Shown piece by piece: positions 9,524 to 17,550 of a stretch of 64,000 nt of DNA (position 1 is its first letter; every line of letters starts with the position of its first letter). A program made the position numbers and the translations under genes. Source of the stretch: Gemmatimonadota bacterium (GTDB lineage: Bacteria > Gemmatimonadota > Gemmatimonadetes > Gemmatimonadales > GWC2-71-9); NCBI GenBank assembly GCA_036679605.1, contig JAZDCZ010000239.1:1-64000 (forward strand). Direction: 5' to 3'. Below the pieces are notes generated by a model, which saw only the letters and a list, made by a program, of their open reading frames with translations, was not told the DNA's origin and did not search any database.

Positions 9524-10545
9524 GTTATCTCCTCGAGTTCCCGCTCGATGCGAGCGACGAGGTCGGTCTTCTCCTGGTCGGGAATGAACGCGCTCTGGAA
9601 GGTATTGACGATCAACCGGTCGATGTCGCTGCGGCTCAAGCCGAGCTGAGTGTGGGCTGTCCAGTACTCATCACTCAACGTGATTCCGTCCATGAGACGA
9701 CTATCCGTGTTCAGTGTCACTACACAACCTTTCTCCAGATAGTGGGTGATCGGGTGCTCTCTTACAGAATTGACAGTGTGAGTATGCACATTCGACGTAA
9801 GACAAACCTCCAGAGGAATACGGTTGTCTATCACGTATTGCTCGAGTTCCGGATCCTCATGCAGTCGAGTGCCGTGACCAATACGTTGGGCACCGCAAAT
9901 GTGGACGGCCTGAGCGATGGAATCAGGGCCGTCACCCTCACCGGCATGGCACGTACATGCCAGACCATGAGCGTGGGCATGGTCGAATGCGCGCTTGTGA
10001 TCGCGGGCCGGGTGACCGCGCTCTGAGCCTGCGAGATCAAACGCCAAAACACCGTCATCCTTGTAATCAACCGCTAGGTGCGAAAGGTCCTCTGACACGG
10101 CCGATGACAGAGTTCGAAGACCGCACACGATTAGCCTGGCAATTGTCCCGGTTTCTTCTTCTCCTCGTTTCAGTCCCGCGAGCGGAGCCTCCACCGTCTC
10201 TGTCAAAGTCAGCGCCGGAGTATGAAGTACGGGGCTGTACCGTACCTCTACATACCGTATGTTGTCGGCAGCGGCGTCCACTACGAACTCATAAGCGATC
10301 CGTTCGAGCGCGGCGGCGGTTTGCATCACCGAAAGCGTAACCGCATATCGCTCTAGGTATTCTTCAAGATTGTGGGCGTCTCGTACGTAGAGTGCCTCCG
10401 CCAGGGCGCGAGGTTCGTCGGCTGGCAAAGTTGTACCTTGCTCCCGTGCCAGGTCGATCATCGTCGACGGTCTTATAGAACCGTCTAGATGTACATGCAG
10501 CTCCGCCTTGGGAAGCCGACGAATCAGTTCCGGCGTTAGTGTCAC
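9520..10545 (-). CDS. add: Adenosine deaminase
   Basis: LPKAELHVHLDGS, DLAGSE, HAGE, RIGHG, EVCLTSN, LNTD. Confidence 0.95.
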   Translation of the reverse strand: MTLTPELIRRLPKAELHVHLDGSIRPSTMIDLAREQGTTLPADEPRALAEALYVRDAHNLEEYLERYAVTLSVMQTAAALERIAYEFVVDAAADNIRYVEVRYSPVLHTPALTLTETVEAPLAGLKRGEEETGTIARLIVCGLRTLSSAVSEDLSHLAVDYKDDGVLAFDLAGSERGHPARDHKRAFDHAHAHGLACTCHAGEGDGPDSIAQAVHICGAQRIGHGTRLHEDPELEQYVIDNRIPLEVCLTSNVHTHTVNSVREHPITHYLEKGCVVTLNTDSRLMDGITLSDEYWTAHTQLGLSRSDIDRLIVNTFQSAFIPDQEKTDLVARIERELEEIT

Positions 10546-10787
10546 TCTCTGTTCCTTTTATTATCAGTGCTGCGCGCACCCCCACCCACAACGCGCAGAA
10601 TGTCACCTAGAGCTACTCGGGCGGACAGATCCAGACGGCGTCCAACTCCATCGGTCACGTATGCGGAGCCGTTTTCGACCGCCGTAGCCAGCTCCGTGTC
10701 ATACATGGCTACCGCGTCGCTAACGACGCTGCCTCCCACAACGACGACTGGACGTTCGTTGACGAAGATGCGGACCTTATCGGTCAC
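10542..10787 (-). CDS. Small hypothetical protein, possibly beta-grasp (ThiS/MoaD-like)
   Basis: 4-nt overlaps on both sides; VRIFVNER...GDILRVVGGG pattern. Confidence 0.7.
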   Translation of the reverse strand: MTDKVRIFVNERPVVVVGGSVVSDAVAMYDTELATAVENGSAYVTDGVGRRLDLSARVALGDILRVVGGGARSTDNKRNRE

Positions 10788-13123
10788 CTATTGCTATGGA
10801 ATCGGCTGGTCCCAGGCGCCTCCACGGGCTGGCGGAGTTTGGCGACGTATGCCTCAAGGACACCTACTTCAGTGAACGCGGTTTCCTCCACGGGCACTCT
10901 ACTCAGCACGGAGAAGGCGCCGTCCGAGCCGAGCAATGATGCCGGCAGCGCCAGCGTGTACGACCCATTCTTGCGGACCTCTCGCCCGTCCGGAAACCGC
11001 ACCTTTCTGACACGTTTGCCGACCTTGCGAGACGGATCATACCACAATTCGAGACCTGATATCTGTACGGTCAAGTCGTCGCCACCGACTATGTGCTCAA
11101 AAAGTTCATAGATTTCAGAGCCCCATACCGTGAGGCGCACCAGTCGTTCATCTTGCGGTAGTACGGCAGCAACTTCCGCTCGCGTAATAGGCCCCTCAGC
11201 CAAGCCGGTCCGTATGTTGGCCATGGGCACCATAGCAACATGCGTGCGTACTCCGTTACGGAATGCATCGGCAACCAAACGTTGCAATGGCGAATCCTCG
11301 TCGGGGGCTAGCCTGAACTTGACGTGAGCCAATGGCTTACTTGGTGGCGCCGGAATATCTAGACTATCTCTCGGCTTCGGCGCGAAGACAGCGTTGACCG
11401 TATCCGAGCGGCGAGTCTCACCTGCGACCGCAACTGCCGATCCGAACGCGGCGCGTACCGCCACCGCTGCCGCTGGCGGAGTTATTCGCCAAGAAGGCTT
11501 GTAGTAGTCGTCCTCCCGCAACCGCTTCGCATCGCGAATTTCTGCAGCCAGAAGATCTCGGATGTTTTCTCCACGGTCGTAAACGACTGGGAGGCCCTTC
11601 AGCATTTCGAATCCGCCTCCGCCCGCTTGCCGATAGTTGTTGAGAGCCAGAGTGAAGGTATCGCTAGTTTGCACTAGCCTGCCCTGCCACATCAGCTGTC
11701 GGATGCGCGAACCCACCGGCCGACGCAAGTCTATCTCGTAGTTGACACCACTTACGATATCGAAGTTGAAACCAGGTACGCTGTCATTGATGATCGGACG
11801 CCCAGCGGCGTACGTCCTGAAGTACGACGCTGAATGCTCGAGATAACGACGCAGCGATTCCCCATCGATACGAACTGCTTTCAACGTATTCTCGTAGGGG
11901 TAAACAGCAGCTACGTCTCGCAGCAACACAGACCCAGGCCCCAGCCTAGCAGTTGGATTGAATGCGGCGGTTGACGAGAGTTCCGCACCACTCCTGCGGC
12001 GCTGTATTTCGTTGACGAAGTCTATGACCGGCGTATCACCCGCCCGCGCATATTGAGCGCTCCAGTTGCCCTCCGACTCCGCCAGGGGTGTAGCAACCCA
12101 AATGCGAGTAGCACGATGTGCGGCCTCCAACCTTCGCGTAACAATCGGATCGGGCGGAATGTTTTCGAGGGATAACTGTTCTGCTTCAACTCTTACCACC
12201 TGGAACCCGGTTGCGTTACCGTCTCTAACCAGCCACAGATGTGCCACCGCCAAACTACGCGCCCACGACCGCGGTTGAATGAAGTGCACACCGTTGATCA
12301 CCGAGTCGGTCATCATTCTATGCGAGTGACCTACAACTACGAGGTGTGGCTTTACGGGAAGACTTGCCAGTGCACTAGCGACGTTCTCAGCACCGACTCC
12401 GCTCGTATCATAACTCGATGGATTGCTCATCCCACTGTGGATGATCACTATCCGCACGTCTGCGCCACCCGCCCGTAGCCGCTCCAACGCGAGGCCCGCT
12501 TGCGGAATGACGCGCTTGACCATGACGCGACCAGACACGTTATCGCGATCCCAGACCATGACACCAGGCGTTGTAAGCCCAGTCACTCCGACCCGTACAC
12601 CACCTCGATGCAGGATTACCTCGGGTGTGAACGCAAAGGTGTCGCGGGGGAGTCGATAGATATTTGCTGAAACTATGGGGAACGCAGCCGCACCTAGAGC
12701 GGCCTGCATGACATCTAGACCGAAATTGAACTCGTGGTTACCCGGTGTCGCCACATCGTACCCCATTGCATTCAGCGCGACTACCACAGGATTGGGGTCG
12801 ACGGGGTTTTCCTTAGCAAAGTAAGTCGCGAGCGGGCTCCCTTGTATCAAGTCACCCGCGTCCACCACCAACACTCTACCGGGAAAAGCACGGCGCAATG
12901 AATCGACAATAGTGGCGGCCCGTGTAAGACCCCAAGGAGCCTCTCGATCGTTGAGATAATCCCAGTGGTATACATGGCCATGCACATCTGTTGTGGCGGC
13001 TACGACTACTTCCACGGTATCCTGCGCCGACAGTGCGGCACTGCCGTACGACACAACGTACAGGACAAGGAAGACGACACTAGAAAACTTCACAGTGACG
13101 GAATTTGAGGGAAAAAACATCAA
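10784..13123 (-). CDS. Periplasmic 2',3'-cyclic-nucleotide phosphodiesterase / nucleotidase (CpdB-like) with a second C-terminal domain
   Basis: TTDVHGH, DAGDLIQG, GNHEFN, HSG, GHSH, YPYENTL, NNYR; second 5'-nucleotidase C-like domain after about aa 600; exact start uncertain. Confidence 0.92.
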   Translation of the reverse strand: MMFFPSNSVTVKFSSVVFLVLYVVSYGSAALSAQDTVEVVVAATTDVHGHVYHWDYLNDREAPWGLTRAATIVDSLRRAFPGRVLVVDAGDLIQGSPLATYFAKENPVDPNPVVVALNAMGYDVATPGNHEFNFGLDVMQAALGAAAFPIVSANIYRLPRDTFAFTPEVILHRGGVRVGVTGLTTPGVMVWDRDNVSGRVMVKRVIPQAGLALERLRAGGADVRIVIIHSGMSNPSSYDTSGVGAENVASALASLPVKPHLVVVGHSHRMMTDSVINGVHFIQPRSWARSLAVAHLWLVRDGNATGFQVVRVEAEQLSLENIPPDPIVTRRLEAAHRATRIWVATPLAESEGNWSAQYARAGDTPVIDFVNEIQRRRSGAELSSTAAFNPTARLGPGSVLLRDVAAVYPYENTLKAVRIDGESLRRYLEHSASYFRTYAAGRPIINDSVPGFNFDIVSGVNYEIDLRRPVGSRIRQLMWQGRLVQTSDTFTLALNNYRQAGGGGFEMLKGLPVVYDRGENIRDLLAAEIRDAKRLREDDYYKPSWRITPPAAAVAVRAAFGSAVAVAGETRRSDTVNAVFAPKPRDSLDIPAPPSKPLAHVKFRLAPDEDSPLQRLVADAFRNGVRTHVAMVPMANIRTGLAEGPITRAEVAAVLPQDERLVRLTVWGSEIYELFEHIVGGDDLTVQISGLELWYDPSRKVGKRVRKVRFPDGREVRKNGSYTLALPASLLGSDGAFSVLSRVPVEETAFTEVGVLEAYVAKLRQPVEAPGTSRFHSNR

Positions 13124-13126
13124 AAG

Positions 13127-13987
13127 CTAGTGCGACATGCACACCCGGTCATGTCGGTCTGGATCCGCCAACATGTCATCGAGCGCGATAGGGCCGGCAC
13201 CGATACACTTGACAAACTGTACACCGGAAGAGGTGCCGATCCGCGTGGCACCCGCTGCGATCATCCGGAGCGCGGTAGCGCAGTCACGTACTCCGCCCGA
13301 TGCCTTGACTCCCAGATGGTCGCCCACGGCAAGACGCATCAGCGCTACCGCCTCTGCGGTAGCGCCCCCCGATGGATGGAACCCGGTGGACGTTTTGACG
13401 TAATGCGCCCCCGCCTCCATGGCAATGGCCGATACTTTAACAACTTGCAACGGTTCCAGCGCAGCGCTCTCAATGATGACCTTGACAGTACACCCCGCCG
13501 CCGCAACCACTGCCCGGATGTCGTCCTCTACGTAGTCCCAATCTTCAGTAACAACTCGGCCTATTGCAGCCACCATGTCAATTTCTGTCGCACCGTCTGC
13601 AATGACGTCACTCGTCTCGAACGCCTTGGCCTTCGACGTCACAGCCCCCAACGGGAACCCAACCACCGTGGCTACATCCACATCCGTATCCCTCAACAAG
13701 TCGGCGCAGAGCTTAACCCAACTCCCGTTCACACAGACCGCAGCGAAATGATGCTCGGCAGCCTCCTCGCATAACTTCTCTATCTCGGCCTGCGTGGCTT
13801 CGGCCTTGAGCAGCGTGTGATCGACAAAATCTGCGACGCGGCGGCTCTTCGGCGAAGCTCCCAGTGCCCGTGTAGCGGGCTGGGGCGCCGCATGTTGGGG
13901 CGACGCATGCGTCGCCCGTACATCATGCGTCGCCCCTAGCTTCTCAGCGACCAACGTGGCTATCTGATCCATCTCACGCTCATTCAT
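13127..13987 (-). CDS. deoC: Deoxyribose-phosphate aldolase with an N-terminal encapsulation-peptide-like helix
   Basis: DHTLLK, VVGFPLG, EIDMV, KVIIE, VKTSTGF, VKASGGVR, RIGTSSG; extension MNEREMDQIATLVAEKLG plus a Pro/Ala linker. Confidence 0.96.
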   Translation of the reverse strand: MNEREMDQIATLVAEKLGATHDVRATHASPQHAAPQPATRALGASPKSRRVADFVDHTLLKAEATQAEIEKLCEEAAEHHFAAVCVNGSWVKLCADLLRDTDVDVATVVGFPLGAVTSKAKAFETSDVIADGATEIDMVAAIGRVVTEDWDYVEDDIRAVVAAAGCTVKVIIESAALEPLQVVKVSAIAMEAGAHYVKTSTGFHPSGGATAEAVALMRLAVGDHLGVKASGGVRDCATALRMIAAGATRIGTSSGVQFVKCIGAGPIALDDMLADPDRHDRVCMSH

Positions 13988-14270
13988 GCTTTCCGCCCTC
14001 GGTCAGTGTCACACTGTCGACGACTCCCACTATCACAGCCTGCACGGGAAGCTTCTCGTCCTGGAATATTTTTCTAGCGGAGCTTCCCTCTTGCACCACC
14101 AGCACCTTGTCACCTACTCCTGCGTCTACCACGTCGAGCGCGATTGTCTCGACCGATCCGTCCTCCGCATCGTTCAAGTCCAACCGCCTAACCAACAGCA
14201 GCTTCTTACCGTTGAGTCGGTCGTTCTTATGCGTCGAAACGACGCTACCCACTACGCGCGCTATGTAGAT
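13980..14270 (-). CDS. eutN: BMC vertex (pentamer) protein, EutN/CcmL family; homology begins at an ATC codon
   Basis: (I)YIARVVGSVVSTHK...KLLLV...IALDVVDAGVGDKVLV..GSSAR...AVIVGVVD. Confidence 0.9.
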   Translation of the reverse strand: MYIARVVGSVVSTHKNDRLNGKKLLLVRRLDLNDAEDGSVETIALDVVDAGVGDKVLVVQEGSSARKIFQDEKLPVQAVIVGVVDSVTLTEGGKHE

Positions 14271-14306
14271 CGGACTAACCCTTTCGCTTTTCCCGCTTCC
14301 CGTCCC

Positions 14307-14573
14307 TCAATCTAGCTCCAACTTATCGACCTTCCCCACGATGGCTGCATCCACCGCAGCAAAGGTATCCCACAACGTAAGTGACGCCTCCCTCGACGTC
14401 GTGTAGTAGCACAGCTCCCCAGGTCCTAACCCTATGGGATCGACTGCAACTAGTGCATCTCCCCGATCGATTCCAGAAGCATCGACCGGCTGAATCCACT
14501 GAAGAGTTTGACCTTGCAGCGTTTCCTGTTTCACGGTCGCAACGACCCGGCCGATGATCTTGGCCAAGTACAT
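14307..14573 (-). CDS. eutN: BMC vertex (pentamer) protein, EutN/CcmL family
   Basis: MYLAKIIGRVVATVK...VAVDPIGLGPGE...SREA...VDAAIVGKVD. Confidence 0.93.
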   Translation of the reverse strand: MYLAKIIGRVVATVKQETLQGQTLQWIQPVDASGIDRGDALVAVDPIGLGPGELCYYTTSREASLTLWDTFAAVDAAIVGKVDKLELD

Positions 14574-14574
14574 T

Positions 14575-15354
14575 CTAGTGCCCCCAGGGAGACTGGCGCC
14601 GGCGCACGTTGACAGCCACGTTGGCCCCCCGTGCCGCCTTCAGCAGTTCAGGTTTTACGAACAGTTTGATCAGGATCGCACCGGCCAGAAACCCTCCCAT
14701 GTGGGCGAGAAAAGCAACCCCACCTCCGGCTTGCACCCCACCCAGAGTGGGCAAGCCACCGATAAACTGCAGAAACGCCCAGTACAGAAGCATCAGATAA
14801 GCGGGAACCGCTATAGTGGTAATAAAGAAACCGAGAAAGATGAGCATGTGCACCCGCACTTTGGGATAGAGCACGAGATACGCCCCCATGATTCCGCTGA
14901 TAGCTCCTGATGCACCCACCATTGGCACCGGTGACGACCGCTGGGCAAGTATCTGAGCCAGAGCCGCCAGAATTCCACAAACCAGATAGAAGGCCACGAA
15001 CCGGCCGTGCCCCATAGCGTCCTCGATGTTATTTCCGAAGACCCAGAGAAACCACATGTTGAAGATCAGATGTAGCCAGCCACCGTGAAGAAATACAGAG
15101 GAAAGAACGGTATACCAGGCTAGATCCGCTGAGTCAGGGCACAGCATCACTGGGCCTGACGGAGTGCGCACCGGCCCCACATCGAGGCCAAACAGCCGAC
15201 CCGGGATCGCCCCCAACTGACAGATCGACTGTGAGAGCCCCGGCTCGGAACCGGCGTTTTGATAGAAAATCCAGACTATGCCAGTCAGGCCGATGATGCC
15301 CAGTGTAACGAACGGAGTCAGAACGGTCGGGTTGTCATCCTTGTACGGAAACAT
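14575..15354 (-). CDS. Rhomboid family intramembrane serine protease
   Basis: FLHGGWLHLIFNM, VGASGAISG, AFLAHMGGF. Confidence 0.94.
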   Translation of the reverse strand: MFPYKDDNPTVLTPFVTLGIIGLTGIVWIFYQNAGSEPGLSQSICQLGAIPGRLFGLDVGPVRTPSGPVMLCPDSADLAWYTVLSSVFLHGGWLHLIFNMWFLWVFGNNIEDAMGHGRFVAFYLVCGILAALAQILAQRSSPVPMVGASGAISGIMGAYLVLYPKVRVHMLIFLGFFITTIAVPAYLMLLYWAFLQFIGGLPTLGGVQAGGGVAFLAHMGGFLAGAILIKLFVKPELLKAARGANVAVNVRRRQSPWGH

Positions 15355-15436
15355 TGAATCGCAAGCTAGGGCGCCGCTAAATCCAAGTCAATCATTGGAA
15401 TAGGTCCGTTTTCCTGGATCCAAGGTCTTCCTACCG

Positions 15437-15473
15437 CTGTCAATATGGCAGGCTTATTTGGTATGGGGTTTGC
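15437..15473 (+). promoter_or_regulatory. Sigma54-type promoter of dnaK with an adjacent inverted repeat
   Basis: TGGTATGGGGTTTGC (GG-N10-GC, 15459-15473); CTGTCA-ATA-TGGCAG at 15437-15451. Confidence 0.6.
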
Positions 15474-15533
15474 CCCTGCGACTAGGCGCTGTGGTCGGGC
15501 ATCTGATTACTTGTATACAGGAGATATTAAGGA

Positions 15534-17450
15534 ATGGCGCAGAAAGTTATCGGGATAGATCTTGGGACTACGAACTCGGTCGTGGCGGTGATGGAGGGTG
15601 GAGATCCCGTTCTGATTCCCAATGCTGAGGGAGGCCGCACTACCCCTTCGGTCGTCGCCTTTACCAAGGACGGCGAGCGGTTGGTAGGACAGGTTGCCAA
15701 GCGGCAGGCCGTAACGAATCCAACCAACACTGTGTTTTCGATCAAGCGGTTCATGGGACGGCGGTTGAGTGAGGTCAAGTCCGAAGTGTCGCTGGTGCCT
15801 TACAAAGTGGTAGCCGGCAAGAGCAATCTGGCGTCGGTTGAGATCCAGGGGAAAAACTATACTCCGCCGGAGATCTCTGCCATGGTCCTCCAGAAGATGA
15901 GACAGACAGCGGAGGACTACCTCGGACACTCAGTCGAGCAGGCTGTCATCACGGTTCCCGCCTATTTCAACGACTCACAGAGACAAGCCACGAAGGATGC
16001 CGGAAAGATCGCGGGTCTCGAGGTTCTTCGGATTATCAACGAGCCCACGGCCGCGGCGTTGGCCTACGGTCTGGAGAGCAAGAAGGAAGAAAAAGTCGCG
16101 GTGTTCGATTTGGGAGGGGGAACGTACGACATCTCAATCCTTGAATTGGCCGACGGTGTGTTCGAGGTGAAGGCCACCAACGGAGACACGCATTTGGGCG
16201 GAGATGATTTCGATCAGCGTGTGATCGACTGGTTGGTAGCCGAATTCAAGAAAGATCAGGGCATCGACCTGAGCAAGGACGCGATGGCGTTGCAGCGTCT
16301 GAAGGAAGCGGCCGAAAAGGCAAAGATGGAGCTATCTACGACAGCCCAGACGCAGATCAACCTTCCGTTCATAACGGCGGACCAGTCGGGACCCAAGCAT
16401 CTCAACCTTTCTTTGACGCGCGCAAAGTTCGAACAGCTCGTTGACGAGTTGATTCAGCGAGTGATTCCGCCGATGGAGAAGGCTCTCAAGGACGCGGGAC
16501 TCAAGACGTCCGACATCGACGAGGTAATCCTAGTTGGAGGTTCCACCCGAATCCCCAAGATCCAGGACGAGGTCAAAGGTTTCTTCGGCAAGGAGCCCAA
16601 CAAGGGTGTCAATCCGGATGAGGTCGTAGCAATCGGGGCTGCGATTCAAGGCGGAGTGCTGGCAGGCGAGGTGAAGGACATATTGCTGCTTGACGTTACT
16701 CCACTGTCCCTCGGAATCGAGACACTGGGCGGAGTAACTACAGTCCTCATCCAGCGCAACACGACGATACCTACCAAGAAGGCGGAGGTTTTCTCGACGG
16801 CCGAGAACAATCAGACCACGGTTGAGATTCACGTGCTTCAGGGCGAACGGGAGATGGCGATCGACAACAGGACGATCGGTCGGTTTCAGTTGACCGGCAT
16901 CCCACCGGCACCACGCGGGATGCCGCAGGTCGAGGTAACGTTCGACATCGACGCAAACGGAATCTTGCACGTGTCGGCCAAGGACAAGGCAACGGACAAG
17001 GAGCAGAAGATACGTATTGAGGCGTCGAGCGGACTTTCCGACAGCGAAATTGAGCGGATGGTCAAGGACGCGGAGGAACACTCCGACGAGGACCAGTCTC
17101 GGCGCGAGCAAGTGGAGCAGAGGAACAGACTCGACGCCCTGATTTTCGAGGTGGAGAAGAACAGCAAGGAATGGGCAGATCGACTCGAGGAGTCGGTGCG
17201 ACAGCGACTGGACGACGCAGTGGAGGCCGCTAAGAAATCGCTGCGCTCTGGCGAGTCGGACGAGATCAAGAATACGTTAGAGGAACTGAGCCAGGCGTAC
17301 TCCGCGGCTGGAGCATCTCTGATGCAGCAAGCCCAAGCCCAGTCCGAGGAAACCCCTGACGACACGCCGGACGCCGATTCAGCAACGGCCGCTGGCGATG
17401 AGAACGTGGAGGAGGCAGACTACGAGATCGTAGACGAATCAAAGTCTTGA
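15534..17450 (+). CDS. dnaK: Molecular chaperone DnaK
   Basis: [34 protein letters not shown]-terminal ADYEIVD. Confidence 0.99.
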   Translation: MAQKVIGIDLGTTNSVVAVMEGGDPVLIPNAEGGRTTPSVVAFTKDGERLVGQVAKRQAVTNPTNTVFSIKRFMGRRLSEVKSEVSLVPYKVVAGKSNLASVEIQGKNYTPPEISAMVLQKMRQTAEDYLGHSVEQAVITVPAYFNDSQRQATKDAGKIAGLEVLRIINEPTAAALAYGLESKKEEKVAVFDLGGGTYDISILELADGVFEVKATNGDTHLGGDDFDQRVIDWLVAEFKKDQGIDLSKDAMALQRLKEAAEKAKMELSTTAQTQINLPFITADQSGPKHLNLSLTRAKFEQLVDELIQRVIPPMEKALKDAGLKTSDIDEVILVGGSTRIPKIQDEVKGFFGKEPNKGVNPDEVVAIGAAIQGGVLAGEVKDILLLDVTPLSLGIETLGGVTTVLIQRNTTIPTKKAEVFSTAENNQTTVEIHVLQGEREMAIDNRTIGRFQLTGIPPAPRGMPQVEVTFDIDANGILHVSAKDKATDKEQKIRIEASSGLSDSEIERMVKDAEEHSDEDQSRREQVEQRNRLDALIFEVEKNSKEWADRLEESVRQRLDDAVEAAKKSLRSGESDEIKNTLEELSQAYSAAGASLMQQAQAQSEETPDDTPDADSATAAGDENVEEADYEIVDESKS

Positions 17451-17550
17451 AGCGGAAACTAAGAACCTCATGCGGGGTTCTATAGAGAAAGCAATCGAGT
17501 TGCTAGATTGCAGTCTGGATGTTTGAAATCAAGGAATCACTGTCGAGAGA

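Noticed and set aside
14271..14309. Selenocysteine UGA between the two eutN genes
   Set aside because: The downstream sequence is purine-rich with no SECIS-like hairpin, and the position is a normal EutN C-terminus.
15355..15533. CIRCE (HrcA) operator before dnaK
   Set aside because: No TTAGCACTC-N9-GAGTGCTAA match.
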